59,117 nt of DNA from Xylographa opegraphella (lineage: Eukaryota): assembly GCA_022813865.1 (NCBI GenBank), contig JALDZX010000061.1:62001-121117 (forward strand), read 5' to 3'. Positions 21,242 to 33,831 of the stretch are shown here, one piece after another (position 1 is the first letter of the stretch; each line of letters starts with the position of its first letter). The position numbers were made by a program, and so were the translations under genes. The notes under the pieces were generated by a model, which saw only the letters and a list, made by a program, of their open reading frames with translations, was not told the origin of the DNA and did not search any database.

Positions 21242-24200
21242 TTACCTTGGAGGTGTTCCAGCCACAGCCAGTGTCGGGGACACTGTTGTGGTCACTACAG
21301 GTTTGATAGGTACAACAACCGGAGGTGCACTGCTGCGTTTTGCCATTATGTGTAGTTTTTTTCGAAGTGCCGATAGACGCCCTCGAATACTTTGAACCAC
21401 TATAAAAAGTTAGTGCCAGATGCTACCTCAATACTCGTAGAATGCCATACATTTCAAAACCGATTCCCGATCCTCGGGATTGACCAAATTAAAGTCGTCA
21501 CCTTCTGCCTTTCCATACGAAGCATCTTTATCCGAAGCCAAAAGTCGGTTAGGACCTATGTCACTATCGTCTTCGAGAACAGCTTCCAGCATGCGAATAG
21601 CTGTCACGTATGCAATTTCGCAACCTGGCAGATCGTCACACACCAGTTCATTCACCGCGGCACTACGACTCATCTCCAGAGCACGAAGGTACATGAGCTT
21701 CTCGGCACTGACGCCAGGAGACACTACCACGTTCTCCGCTGATGAGCCGAGACCAGTACTTGATGTCGATGATGATGGATGGTTGCTTGGATGGCTAGGA
21801 TGATCTGGTGGAAGACGTTTCTGCGCCTCAATAAGTTTCAGCCGCACAAACTCGGCTTTCTCCAGGACTTCATTGAATCTGCTGCGGACCCATTGAACCA
21901 CGTTATTTACACGATTACCGGCTATAGCGTTGTGTGCAGGAGTGGTAATAGATTTGGGCGATGTCGACTCGCCGATAACTTCCCCGCGGTTTTTGCGAGC
22001 CCACCAAGCCCCAGCGACGTCCATAGCTTGCGCAAGAAGCGATAGAGCTTTGACATAAAGTACCAGAGCTTCCTCAGACAACGTGACAATAGCGTCAGGA
22101 GTCAAGCCGCCGTCATCATCCAGAACTGCTCCAGACTCATCTTTTTCTGGTATTCCAACTGCTTGAAGACCAAGACCGTGACCCATTGAAGGAGCCAATG
22201 GAATAAGTTGTTTGTATTTGACCTCTGCGAACCCGTACACGACATCACTTCTTGTGGCTGCTTCTTCAATTACTTGAACTGCTTTCGAGTCTTCGTCCAG
22301 CGGTGAAAGTTTGACACCATCGCCGAGCATGAGGAGACTACCTTGGCTCGTAGGATAGGCTGGAAACGGACTGTAGAGTGGTGGAGAAAAACCTCCCCGA
22401 CCCAGGCCCAACGGAGGCGATATACCAAAATTGAACAATCTCCCACTGGCAAGATTAATGGCTTTCGATATTGCAGATGTGGTGGAAGTGTTGCTACGAA
22501 CGCGTCTTTCGTGAGAAACTTGTCTTCGATGCTCTGGACGTTGCCCAGATGCAATCTGTAATGCTCGCGAAGAAGTTACCTGCGCTCCTTTGGTGGGTGC
22601 AGATGTAGCTTGTGTTGTAGCACGCCGAACCATCGCAGCGTGCTCCGACGGTTTCGAGGGAGGAGTCCCTCCCTGATTTGCTTTCAACTGATCCGCTAAA
22701 GCGTTGATCTCGACCGCTCTTTTCTCCACTACGACGTATTCTCGCTCAATCATCACATCTTGGGCAGCACGTTCTTGCGCTTCCCGAGTTTGACGAGGGT
22801 CTTCACTATACCGATCTGTCCTTGCACGTGCTTGACTACCATCTTTGAATGCCATATTCTGGTGTGGTGACTCAAGGCTCACTTTACGTTGCACTGTGCT
22901 CGGCTGTATCCGTTTCCCGGCTCCGTCATGCGCCGTATGATGGATAGGTGCGGTAGCCCCTCTAGGAAGAACTGGGCGGCGCTCGCGAGGTAGGCGTTCA
23001 GGGGCTTCGACAAAGAGGTCGCTGGCGTCAGAGTCCTGATTATGTCTAGGAGAACGGCTTGCAACCGGGGGAGTCTCGGTGGTATGATGTGGACTGGCAG
23101 CTCCGGACCGTGCTGAGACAGTTCGGCCGACGCTAATTCGTCGGGATTCTTCCTGACGTCTCAATTGAGTATCATCAGCTGGAACAGGCCCATCGCGAGA
23201 ACCGCTGGCTTGACGCATTATCGGCTCTGATGTGGGCGTCGCATTGCGCTGTTCTGTTGGCTCCTTTGGAAGATCATCCCCTACACGACCAGGGATTGCG
23301 TCTTTGGTCACAGGATTGTCGAAAAATTCAGTAAATCCCATTCTTTCGACGGGGTTGCGTTTCAGAAGTCCTCGAATAAGTTTCTTCATGGCATCGCTGA
23401 CAACCACATCCTCAGGAAACTTGATTTTGTCCTCGCCTCTTTCGATTCTCCTCAGCAGCTCGACATGATTGGAAGCCCGGAACGGCGCTTTGCCAGTCAT
23501 CATTTCGTAAGTGACTGTACCGACCGACCACAAATCGGCCTTCGCATCATACTTTTCGTACCTGAGTATCTCCGGGGCCATATAGAGTGGAGACCCACAG
23601 AGTGTTTCCGCCAATGATGTCGAAGGTAACGAACGGGCAAAGCCAAAGTCGGCGAGCTTCAGCATAGGCAACGACTCTATCCCAGCTATCGGTATAAGAG
23701 AGCTCTCGTTATGTACGTAAGGCACGGACTCGGCACGTCCCTTCGAATGGTAGAGGGGTGAAGGAATGATTAATAGATTCTGTGGCTTGACATCCCGGTG
23801 GATGAGATTCTTATTTCTCAGAAATTCTAGTGCACTGGCAAGCTGCTGCAGAAAGTGTCTAACAACCACCTCGTGCAAGCCTCCCGCAGGAGGGTTCGGG
23901 TATTTCCTGACCATATCCGCAGTATAAGCGTTTCGATGGAGCTGATCCCGCCTCTTGATGAAATAGGAGAGATCTCCCATCTGACAGTATTCCATGATAA
24001 GGTGGATGTGGGTCGAGCTCTCTCTACAGTCGAAAAGCGAGACAATGTGTGGGTGCTGCAGCTCTTTGAGTATGTGGATCTCACAGAAGAGGTTGTCTTT
24101 GAGTTTCTTGTTAAGCTTGGATAAGTTGACGGACTTGATAGCGACATAGCCGCCGCGTTTCTAGAGAGGCAAGAGTGATTAGAAAAAGCTTCCACGACCA

Positions 24201-24447
24201 TGTAGATCGACAACCGAGCGAAACACGATAGCAGCCCATTACAAACTCCAGGTGTATTTGCCATCGAACAAAGCTTGTCACGGAGAAAATGCAATATGCT
24301 TACTGTGTGTGTAGCTTTATAGACTGTGGCAAAGCTCCCACGACCGATCTCCTCCATCCTTTTAAAGCTCCCTATTTCGACTTCTGGCTGCGCAGGATCT
24401 CGAGGCCGCCTCCTCGAGGTCGACGGCGTTGGCGTAGCAGCCGACAT
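21242..24447 (-). CDS. ATG1: Autophagy serine/threonine kinase Atg1 (~1003 aa)
   Basis: Exons 24447-24304, 24160-21451, 21399-21242 (3012 nt). EIGRGSFATVY, HRDVKPQNLL, LADFGFARSLP.TSLAETLCGSPLYMAPE, EREYVVVEKR and C-terminal tMIT region (EEALVLYVKAL, VQWVRSRFNEVLEKAE). Confidence 0.96.
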
Positions 24448-25366
24448 CTTAGGTGCCTTGTCTTCTTATCTAAGCCTGTGAGAAGAACGCCTTCAGTGAG
24501 CCTGGGATTACCACTGCAGGTGCGGGTATAAGTTGGCGGTTAAGTGGTTACACATGAAGTTGATTTAGGTTGTAACCGTTGAGAAGTAGATAAAAACTGG
24601 TGGGGGGGATGTGAGTAAACGGTCCGGCTTGGCGACGCAGCCTGCCTGCGGTAGTCTCCACGGACAAGCGCGAGGCTCTGCCTTCACGGCGTGATGCAGG
24701 GCTGTCGACGGTCGTGATTGAGGTGAGGAAATGATGGAAGACGTGGTGCCGGATGATGTGATAGGGTTGATCAGGCGGAGACGGATTAGCGCTTGAATGA
24801 GGGCACTGTGACTCCGTCTAATGACCACCGTGGGGAGGGTGGGGGTTTAGGAATAAAGCTATAAATTGAAGAATAGAAGGATAAGAAGATATAAAGAGAG
24901 ACCTGGGCCGGACACAGTACGACCAGAGGCGGAGGGAGCGGAGGGACTATCGGGGGGAGTATCAGTGGAGGAGGAGGAGGGATTGAAGCGTCGATAGCGA
25001 AGCTCGAGGTGACGGCGCGCCCAGCAATGGAAGTCAAGTGATGCCCAGCCACGCTAGACTTATCGCGATCTCGACCACAGGGCTGAGCTAGACTGGAAGC
25101 ACACAGGTCGAAACCCGACACAAAGCGCAAACAGCAGTGCGAGATACGGGGTAAGTACGGAGACTTGCCAGGACTTGCGTTATGGAGGTTGCCCTCGGGT
25201 CTGATGGGCGGTTCGCTATAGCTCATTGAGTGAGTAGGGTGTGCCCGTTGATACCATTTGGCACAACTTCACTTCCGTACACATGGTTTGGGTTTGACTG
25301 ATTATAGAGGTATGCCTCTGGCTATGACCGGGCATGTTCTCGACGCTATTTAAATCGTGACTGTTA

Positions 25367-28189
25367 TCATATCCTCAATCCACGAACAACCAGCCAGAGG
25401 ATCAACGGAACGACGGTGTTGTCATTGGCACCAGTCAGCACCGCCTCCGTCATGCTCGAAACTCCTGCAGCGATGGCTGCCTTCCCAAGCATGAGGAGCC
25501 AGCCATCGCCGCTATCACCCTTCCAGCCACCGATCAATAGCCATGCGCGCGCGGTTCCAAGGCCTATGACCACCGCGACTGCGAAGGCAATGCTTCCTTC
25601 AAGACTCTTGCCTCCACTCCACGGCCATCTTCTGCGCCCATACCGGCGGCCAATGAGTGACGCCGCAGCGTCGCCCATCCCGACGCATACAATACCGGTG
25701 ATCATGCTCAAATCGCGAGTCACAACGTCCCAGCCCTCAAAGAGGGCTGGGCCAATCCGCCCCGTGGCCGCCAATGACAGCCATGTAGGTATGGCACATC
25801 CAATCAACAAGAAGATGTGCGAGACAATGATGGGACCTCGATGATCTCTCCCGTCAACATACGGAGCGAGGAAGTATGTGAGCGGCTTGGAGACCGGCGG
25901 AAGCTGTGATGCTCGGAAGAGATCGAGAAGGAGGAAAATCGCAAGAATAAGAGCAAAGGCAAGAGCAGTGAATGGAGGATCGAGGAAGACGGTAGGCAAG
26001 AACATGATTACCATCATGCCATGAAAGACCTTCCGTCTAGTGTCCACCTCGACCAGCGCACTGAGCCGGAACACCGTGAAAAGGCCCGCTGTTATGCTTG
26101 CAACGCAGTATACGCAAATCAACAACCGGGTGTTGGCGGCGCCGAGGAAATATTGACGGAATCGCTCCCCACGACACGCTTGTAGTGCAGGATCAAGAGT
26201 CCTTGGAGGCAAGCAGATCCAGCCCTCGAGGTTGCACATTATTATTTGTAGCCTGAATGCTGGAATGTCGCCGAAAAGGTACCCGAGAGCCCATCCGACA
26301 GGCTCATGTCCGTACAAGGACCACTGACTGATGTATCCGCTAATTGGAAAAGCGACTACGGCAGCCACCACAAGGTATACGTAGATGGCGTATACCCATT
26401 TCAGTACTGTTGCCTGAGCAATCGTCAACGAGACGAACGATTTTGGTCGAGTCGGAAGGGGGCGCGACCTAATTCGGTAGATGGAATCTACCAGTCCTGA
26501 ATTCTGTATGGTGTCAGCCAGATAAGTTGGAAGCGTGTTTCGCCGCTGTCGAGATTGGTCTTCCACTGTAGAGCCTATATTCCTAATTGAACGATTTGAC
26601 GGTATCTGGACAATATCATCTACAGTGAACGCATTACCTAGGATTTCTGGTCCCTGTACAGCTCGATCCACTCCCGGATCCTTAGCTTCGCGGCGAGAAG
26701 ACTTCCGGTGCACTTTATAACGGCTGATATGCTGAAAGTCATCACTGTCTGAGCTTTCTCGACAAGTTCGCGAAAGGTTTAGCTTCGTAAGCAAGCCTCC
26801 CATTGTGTCATGGATGGCGCAAACCAATATGTTTCCCTTCCGTTGTGTTTGTGGAGAGCGGCGGAATCGCCAGCTAGGTACCCGAGCAAGCTCCACAGTC
26901 CATCGAAGAACATGGCGACAAAATATGAACAAAGTGAGACTTCCAATCCAAAGTAGAGCTTTGAGTATCTCTGATTGTGGGGAACTCGAGAACATGAGAA
27001 CGTTTATCAGAGCCACTGAGAGTAGCTCTAGCTCTGCAGGAAGCAAGCTCGTAGTTGTCAAAAACCTCAAGGTTTGCTTCAGAGCTTGGTGCAAAGGATA
27101 TAGAAGAACAAGCATCTCTTGGTCAATTCTATTGCATACTGATACAGGAACTCCTTTTGATAAGTCGACTTGTGCAATGCGTAGTAGTGTGCTTGGAAGA
27201 CTAGATATGGTCCATAGAAGAGAGTCATAACCATACTCGTACATGGGTATCACGTGAATGGGAACAGAAGAGATGGAAAGCACCAAATTCGCAAATGCAA
27301 GCTGTGCATCCTCCGATGGTAGAGAGCAAGCTATTAACAAAGGTAAGAAGACTGGGTAAAGAAGCGGCGCAGGATCGTAGGAGACCGGGAATCGAAAGCC
27401 GAATGAGGTCCGCTGCAAGTATGCCTTTCGGCCTTCGAGCCACACCAGTCGCAGGACGTAGGTGAGATATATGCCTGCTACTAAGAACAGATGGCATTTT
27501 AATTCTACAATTCCATTAATAATCTGCCACTTGGATACCTCAGGTCGGGTCGACATACCAGTCTGGAGGTCTGGTTCAGAACTACAAAAGGTAAAATATC
27601 CCACTCCTGCCAACAATATAGATTCTATTACTCGACGTCCAAGCTCAGCTCGTCTCCTCTTGGTGTATTTCTCAAGTATCTGTCTCGCCTCTTCCTTTGC
27701 AGCGGCTTGATCTTGTGTCGATACAAGTCGCTTCAATTTCGCCTTTGGTGCCGTGGAATGGTACTCGTCTAAGTACGAAGGTGTGAGATATGGACTCGAC
27801 GTGGCAGCAGCACCAAAACCCTTGTCGCCTCTCAATCCCTTCCTCGGCCGCGAAGGTGGTGCAGGAAGACCCTTGAGAAATGAGGGCCTTTCATCATCGG
27901 CCTCAGTACCGCTTTCGCTGGGTGATGTGTATAGTTTCCGCCTCTTGCGTCCATCAGTATCGAAGTAATCAGGCCCGTGCGACTTCGAGATTCCTTGACT
28001 ATGCAGGGGAGCATTTTCGAGTCCGCGTCCCGACGAAACCTTCGGGGACGTCGATTTGTCTCTGGGACTTTCGGCGCTGTTTCGATGATACGGATGTGGC
28101 GAACGTGAGAAGCGCTGCCTGCGATCTATTTTCTCGTGGCTATCAAGGGCGAGCTTCGAACTCGGAGTTTGAACAACATTGTTGAGCAT
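25367..28189 (-). CDS. SEC59: Dolichol kinase (CTP-dependent, multi-pass membrane protein)
   Basis: 940-aa ORF with SESGTEADDE, EVDTRRKVFH, PYVDGRDHRGP.IVSHIFLLIGCAIP, CVGMGDAAASLIGRRYG, GGKSLEGS, EAVLTG.NDN. Probable 54-nt in-frame intron at 27558-27505. Confidence 0.93.
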   Translation of the reverse strand: MLNNVVQTPSSKLALDSHEKIDRRQRFSRSPHPYHRNSAESPRDKSTSPKVSSGRGLENAPLHSQGISKSHGPDYFDTDGRKRRKLYTSPSESGTEADDERPSFLKGLPAPPSRPRKGLRGDKGFGAAATSSPYLTPSYLDEYHSTAPKAKLKRLVSTQDQAAAKEEARQILEKYTKRRRAELGRRVIESILLAGVGYFTFCSSEPDLQTGMSTRPEVSKWQIINGIVELKCHLFLVAGIYLTYVLRLVWLEGRKAYLQRTSFGFRFPVSYDPAPLLYPVFLPLLIACSLPSEDAQLAFANLVLSISSVPIHVIPMYEYGYDSLLWTISSLPSTLLRIAQVDLSKGVPVSVCNRIDQEMLVLLYPLHQALKQTLRFLTTTSLLPAELELLSVALINVLMFSSSPQSEILKALLWIGSLTLFIFCRHVLRWTVELARVPSWRFRRSPQTQRKGNILVCAIHDTMGGLLTKLNLSRTCRESSDSDDFQHISRYKVHRKSSRREAKDPGVDRAVQGPEILGNAFTVDDIVQIPSNRSIRNIGSTVEDQSRQRRNTLPTYLADTIQNSGLVDSIYRIRSRPLPTRPKSFVSLTIAQATVLKWVYAIYVYLVVAAVVAFPISGYISQWSLYGHEPVGWALGYLFGDIPAFRLQIIMCNLEGWICLPPRTLDPALQACRGERFRQYFLGAANTRLLICVYCVASITAGLFTVFRLSALVEVDTRRKVFHGMMVIMFLPTVFLDPPFTALAFALILAIFLLLDLFRASQLPPVSKPLTYFLAPYVDGRDHRGPIIVSHIFLLIGCAIPTWLSLAATGRIGPALFEGWDVVTRDLSMITGIVCVGMGDAAASLIGRRYGRRRWPWSGGKSLEGSIAFAVAVVIGLGTARAWLLIGGWKGDSGDGWLLMLGKAAIAAGVSSMTEAVLTGANDNTVVPLILWLVVRGLRI

Positions 28190-28689
28190 GATATTAAGAA
28201 CACTGATGCGTCCGAGTTTAGTTTTTGAGCAGCATGATCCTGACGCTAGGAAGACTGTGATTACTTAGGTAGACTTCCAATTGGAAGCTTCACGATGATC
28301 ATTAGAAAGTTGGCCTGCTGGAGAACAGATCGCTGATCTGAGCCGTCGTGAAAATTGTTGAGGCATGTGAATTCGAGCTGACGGAAGTTCTCCGCCGCCA
28401 ATCAAATTGTGGAACATTTCCTACAATCATTCTCGTATCATAATTCCTAATCCCATATTCAATAGGTATGCCAGCCCTGTCATCATCGATATGAATGGAG
28501 ACCGGCGTAGTCGCTATAAAGCATCGCAGAGCTCTTTACTGTCCACCTTGACTAAAATGAGTCCACATACATAATTCGGTTGACATTTGTTCTTCATCGG
28601 CAGGAGATGAGCTCAAGCACTACCTCCAAATACCTCTCTCTCCTTAATCGACCTTGCCAATCTCTTGTCATTCATCTCCGCACACAATT

Positions 28690-31017
28690 ATGACCACCCC
28701 TCCTCCACTCCATGTTATCGCTCTCATTTCTGGCGGCAAAGACTCCTTCTTCTCCTTGCTGCATTGCCTTGCCAATAACCATACTGTTGTCGCACTGGCG
28801 AATCTATATCCTCCACCCTCAATTTCCTCTCCGAATGCTCAGCAAGATCAAGATGGCCCGTCAGACTTGAATAGCTATATGTACCAAACCGTCGGCCACG
28901 CCCTCATACCGCTCTACGCGAAGGCACTGGGGATCCCTCTGTATCGGCAGCAGATTGCAGGCACCGCTGTGGACTTGCAGAAAGACTACTCTGCCCCAGC
29001 CGCATCCGTTGATGCGGATTCCTACGACGAGACGGAATCACTTCTTCCTCTCCTCAGAAAAGTCCTAGCCGACCATCCCTATGCCAACGCCCTCTCCGCA
29101 GGCGCTATTCTCTCCACTTACCAAAGGACGCGCATTGAGTCCATTGCCTTGCGCCTCGGACTCACTCCCCTGGCCTTCCTCTGGCAGTATCCTTATCTAC
29201 CGACTCCGATCCCGTCGCCAGCAGGGCTACTCCGGGATATGGCGGCTGTGGGATTTGATGCAAGAATCGTGAAGGTTGCTTCCGGGGGGCTAGATGAACG
29301 TTTCTTGTGGGAAAATGTGTGTGAAGAGAGGGTTATACGAAGAATAGAGAAAGCGGTAGGCAGGTTTGGGGGTAGTGTATTGGGAGAAGGAGGGGAATAT
29401 GAAACGGTGGTCGTGCGTGGACCGGCTGGTGTATGGAAGGGGGAACTGGCGGTTCGGGATAGCCAGAAAATAGTCAGGATAGGGGAAGGAGGAGAGGCGT
29501 TGTTGGAGTTCACAGGGGAGGGCACGGTAGAAATGGTCGCCGAGGGCGAGGCTACCCAGGAGGGGTGGAAGCAAAAGATAAAAACACCAGGACTGTGGGA
29601 TCCACAGTTCGAGAGTCTGGTGGAAGAGCTGCGAACGATGCACTGGGATGAACCACTACTCGGTGCAACTGACTCCCACGCTGAACAACTACCATCTCCC
29701 CAAGAAGCCACAACCCCCCCCGACTCTCGCCCTCCACATCCCCCCCCCGAGTCCACAGAGCCACCAGCACCCTGGTCCCTCCCTCCCCCCCTCACGACCA
29801 CCACCCCGTCCCTCATCTTCTTCTCTAACCTCACCGGCCCCGCCAGCAGCCCGCTCACCACACAAATCACACACACCCTCAACCAGCTGCTTGCCCTCCT
29901 CCGCACGCACGCCCTGCCCCCCACCGCCGTCCTCTCCACCACCATCCTCCTCCGCAGCATGGCCTCCTTCCCCACCCTCAACACCCTATACGCCACCCTC
30001 TTCCCGCACCCCAACCCCCCCGCCCGCGCCACCCTCGCCTGCGGCATCGCCCTCCCGCCCGGCATCAACATCGTCCTCTCCGCCATCGCCCTAGCCCACC
30101 ACCCTGCCCCCGCCCCGCCACCACAGGGCCTGCACGTGCAATCGCGCTCCTACTGGGCGCCCGCCAACATCGGGCCCTACTCGCAAGCGATCGCGCCCGC
30201 CGCGCCCGCCGCGCACCTCGTCCACGTCGCGGGGCAAATCGCCCTCGTGCCCGCGACGATGGAGGTCCTGCGCGCCGACGACGACGACAACCCCGCCCCG
30301 TTCGCCACGCAAGCCGCCCTCGCGCTCCAGCACCAATGGCGCATCGGCACCGCCATGCGCACCACCTGCTGGGCCAGCACCATTGCCTTCCTCGTCGCCG
30401 CCCACCCCGCCGTCGACGCAGCCGCGCGCGCCCGCGCAGCCTGGCACTGCTGGGAGCGCCTGCACCAGCCCCCTCCCCCACCCCCTCCACCTACAGACCC
30501 CGAGCCCGACGTCTGGGACCGCGCCTACGGCAGCCAGCGCAGCTTCGCTCCGGCGCCCACGCCCGCTCCGCCGCTGCCGGATTTCGCGCGCCTATCCGCC
30601 GCCGCTGTGCCGGGTTTCTTCGCCGTGCAGGTCGCGGCGCTGCCGCGCGGTAGCGCGGTCGAGTGGGTGGGCGTGGGTGTTGCGGATGCGGGGCGCGTGG
30701 AGTATCGCTCCAGCTCTGCGGCCGAGGAGGAGGGGGGCGGGGTGTATGGCCGGGTGTGCGCCGATATGGTGGGGGCGGGGTGCGGGTTCGAGCACGTTGC
30801 ATTTGCCATAAGCTGCTCGGACGCGGAGTGTGTGGCGGAGTGTGCGGCCGTGGTGGGGAGGCGGGGGAGGGGGCATGCGACGCTGTATGTGGCAAGGGCG
30901 GGGGGGTTGAGTGGGGTGCAGGCGCAGGTGGTGCCGTGTGAGAGGGTGTGGGGGCCTGGTGGGGTGGAGGTGCGGGCGGGGTTGGTGGTGTTGTGGGTGG
31001 GGGGGGTGAGAAGTTGA
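28690..31017 (+). CDS. DPH6: Diphthine--ammonia ligase with C-terminal YjgF/RidA-like domains
   Basis: ATG at 28690. PP-loop ALISGGKDS, SYMYQTVGH, DETESL, GAILSTYQRTRIE, GEGGEYET; LHVQSRSYWAPANIGPYSQA and VAALPRGSAVEW in the YjgF-like part. Confidence 0.92.
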   Translation: MTTPPPLHVIALISGGKDSFFSLLHCLANNHTVVALANLYPPPSISSPNAQQDQDGPSDLNSYMYQTVGHALIPLYAKALGIPLYRQQIAGTAVDLQKDYSAPAASVDADSYDETESLLPLLRKVLADHPYANALSAGAILSTYQRTRIESIALRLGLTPLAFLWQYPYLPTPIPSPAGLLRDMAAVGFDARIVKVASGGLDERFLWENVCEERVIRRIEKAVGRFGGSVLGEGGEYETVVVRGPAGVWKGELAVRDSQKIVRIGEGGEALLEFTGEGTVEMVAEGEATQEGWKQKIKTPGLWDPQFESLVEELRTMHWDEPLLGATDSHAEQLPSPQEATTPPDSRPPHPPPESTEPPAPWSLPPPLTTTTPSLIFFSNLTGPASSPLTTQITHTLNQLLALLRTHALPPTAVLSTTILLRSMASFPTLNTLYATLFPHPNPPARATLACGIALPPGINIVLSAIALAHHPAPAPPPQGLHVQSRSYWAPANIGPYSQAIAPAAPAAHLVHVAGQIALVPATMEVLRADDDDNPAPFATQAALALQHQWRIGTAMRTTCWASTIAFLVAAHPAVDAAARARAAWHCWERLHQPPPPPPPPTDPEPDVWDRAYGSQRSFAPAPTPAPPLPDFARLSAAAVPGFFAVQVAALPRGSAVEWVGVGVADAGRVEYRSSSAAEEEGGGVYGRVCADMVGAGCGFEHVAFAISCSDAECVAECAAVVGRRGRGHATLYVARAGGLSGVQAQVVPCERVWGPGGVEVRAGLVVLWVGGVRS

Positions 31018-31897
31018 GAGGGAGGGTGGGGTGGTGGGATGGGCGGTGGGAGGCGGAGATGAGGAGTGAGAAAGGCTTGAGTTGGGGAGTGGAGCGTTGA
31101 GGAGCTGGATTTGAAAAACTGTGGTCCAGGCCGATGCGGTTGGGGGTGTGAAGAGTTAGTTGTTGTTCGATGGGAACGGTACCTTGAGGCACACCGTCTT
31201 GAAAGCGATAGAGGATCGCGAGTCATGAACTACAGATGAAAGTGGTGTGCCAGCACACCTATCATCCATTGATGAGGATGAGTGGAACGAACACAACAGT
31301 TCCGCTTCAGTATGTAACGTGTTGCGGAAAAGACATCAACATCAGATGCACTGCACAGCCTAGCCAATCGTGAAACTTGTGCTTGATTTCGAGCTGCCAG
31401 TGTTTCTATGGTACAATGTGTTTCAAACTCTGCTCTGCCAATGCAGTGTATTAACCTCTACGAAAAGCAATGCGGCCAGCACAGCGCAGTCGAGAAGCAA
31501 AAAGCTTAAAAAAAAAAGTACAGCTGAAGAGAAGACGGAGCAAGCAACGAAGTCGACCAGCTGCTCCTGCTGGCATTACAACGAACAGTAACCACAAAGG
31601 AGATTGCTGTACAGTCTGGAAGCGTCGACCTGACACTCAGATCGCTTGTTTTCTCCTTCGACCAGTGCCTCCCCCTCGGCTCCTGCTAATGTCACAAACA
31701 ATCCTCGAACTTTTCTAGTCATCCACCAAAATACCCCAGCGTGAGCTAGTCCAATATGTGCAAAAGAAGATCTTTGGAGTCGAAAATTCGTCATTTTCCG
31801 ACCACTAGATGAAGTGGTGTGTAATGATCACGTTGCTTCGTGTGTCTCATGGAAGTCGCGAAAGTGAGACAGGCGTTTCAATGGCATTGGATGCCTC

Positions 31898-33831
31898 TTA
31901 TTCCTCCCTCTTCCTCTTCTTGGCAAGCTTGGCGTTTTCTATCGATGGTGCTGGGCTCATGCTGCGGACAGAGTTGCCGCCATCCGAGGAGCTGCTTGAA
32001 GCGTCTGCGGCAGCAGCTTGAGCAGCTTGGAAGAGTACTTCGCCCAGGACGCCGGCATTTTCATCCCCAAACACCTCACCCTTGTCCGGAGATGGCAATT
32101 CACCATCTTCGAGGACACCCATGACGATGGCACCGCTCCCGTGAGTACGGGCATGTTGAGCGAGGTTGTCACTGCGCGAGAATGTCTTGCCACATTCATT
32201 ACACTCGAAAGGCTTCTCGTGTGTGTGAAGGGAACGATAGTGGCGTTTGAGATGCTCCTGACGGCGGAAACGTCTTGAGCATAAAGTGCAAACGAATGTC
32301 TTTGATGGATCCTCAGTCAAGGACTGTTTACGACCACGACGAGCGACGGGCTGGGGCGTGTTTGGAGCTACATCAGACCCAGATGTGACAACATTGCCAT
32401 CCGCAGATCCACTATGGTTGTCGGTGCTGCTTGACTCTTGTTGGTGCGTTGAGCTTGGTTGAGATGTGGTGTTGTCGGCGAAGGACTGCTCCTGAGTGCT
32501 CGATAGGGAGTCCAGTTCTGAAAGCTCACTGCTATCCGATCGTGCCTTCCTTGCCGCCTTACGTAGCGGTGCACGTTTCTTCGATTTCATTTTGCTCGCC
32601 ATTTCTGATGATGGATGTTGAGGAGCGATAAAGTCAAGAGGGCTTGGGAGTCCCGCGGCAGCAAACTGATCCACCTCTTCGATATCCTCGAAACTATCTT
32701 CACTTAAGAAGTCCTCGTCCGAGAACGAGAGGAGATCGAGACGTTGACGCTTATTGCCGAGGTATAGGGGTGTGTCCGAAGGATACCTAGCTAGGTCTGT
32801 CACGAACTCGTTGTCTGAATCGAGGTCGGAGAACGTGTCGAACGAAGGGAGACCTCCCAAAGTCGAAGCCCCAAGAGTATCGAACGCGTGTGAGAACTGC
32901 ACCTCTGGCTTGATGAAGTTTGATTCAAAACCAGTGAGTAGCTTGTGCCCGTCACTCTCCGAATATGTGGGAAGAGGTGAGAGGTCGAAGTGCACCACTT
33001 TGGAGCTTGAGGTTGGTGATTTGACCAGGAGATTGCGTGGATCACAGAAATCAAAGTCTGTGTCGGAAGTGATCGATTGTGGGATTGGTGAAGGTGATGG
33101 GGAAAGCGAAGGACAAGATGTTGTGGAAAGGAGGTCGGATGCTTGGCTAGCGGTAACCGAAGGCGGGTGAATGAAAACTAAATCCCAGCAGAAATTAGAC
33201 GAGGGTCAAACGGTTTGGTGATACACGCTGCTCGTCACATGTGATATCTGACCAAAGCTAGAACACAAGCAAACTCACCTGGTGTCAACGGAGGCGATCC
33301 ACATCGAGTCCACTCCCCGCTCGCAAGGATCTCAGACTTCACTTCTCCCTCGCATCCCTCTTTGACCCCCTCGATATTCTCGGTATTGATGAAGGTGCTG
33401 TGGATCGGCGTGGGTAGTATACCACAACTCATCGGTGGGCTACTGATAGCGCTTCCTGAAATGGACAGAGGTGGTGTCGACGGATACATATACCCATCGT
33501 TGATCCCGCATTCCGTGTCCAACGACAGCGAGCGACTGTCGCCTTGAAACAAAAACAACGGCTTCTGGTAAAGCGGTCGAGGAGAGGCCATTGGAGTGAC
33601 AGCAGATTGTATTTGGTAAGCCGATGGTGGCATGTACATTTGTGAGTCCACCGGAGGTCCCCGTTGTTGCATGTGGAGTTGTGACTGCAGTATCATATCT
33701 GGTGGAAAGATCTGTTGTTGGAAATGTAACGGGTGACTGGAAGGGATGGTACCGGGGTGCTGCGAGAAGTGACCATGCTGCTCCGGGTTATAGTAATAGA
33801 AGGATGGTCGAGGCATTGCCTGGGAGTTCAT
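31898..33831 (-). CDS. SEB1: C2H2 stress-response (STRE-binding) transcription factor Seb1/MsnA (~610 aa)
   Basis: Exons 33831-33279 and 33177-31898 (1833 nt). [78 protein letters not shown]. Probable 5'UTR intron 33915-33850 (GTGAGT..CTGAC..CAG). Confidence 0.93.
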
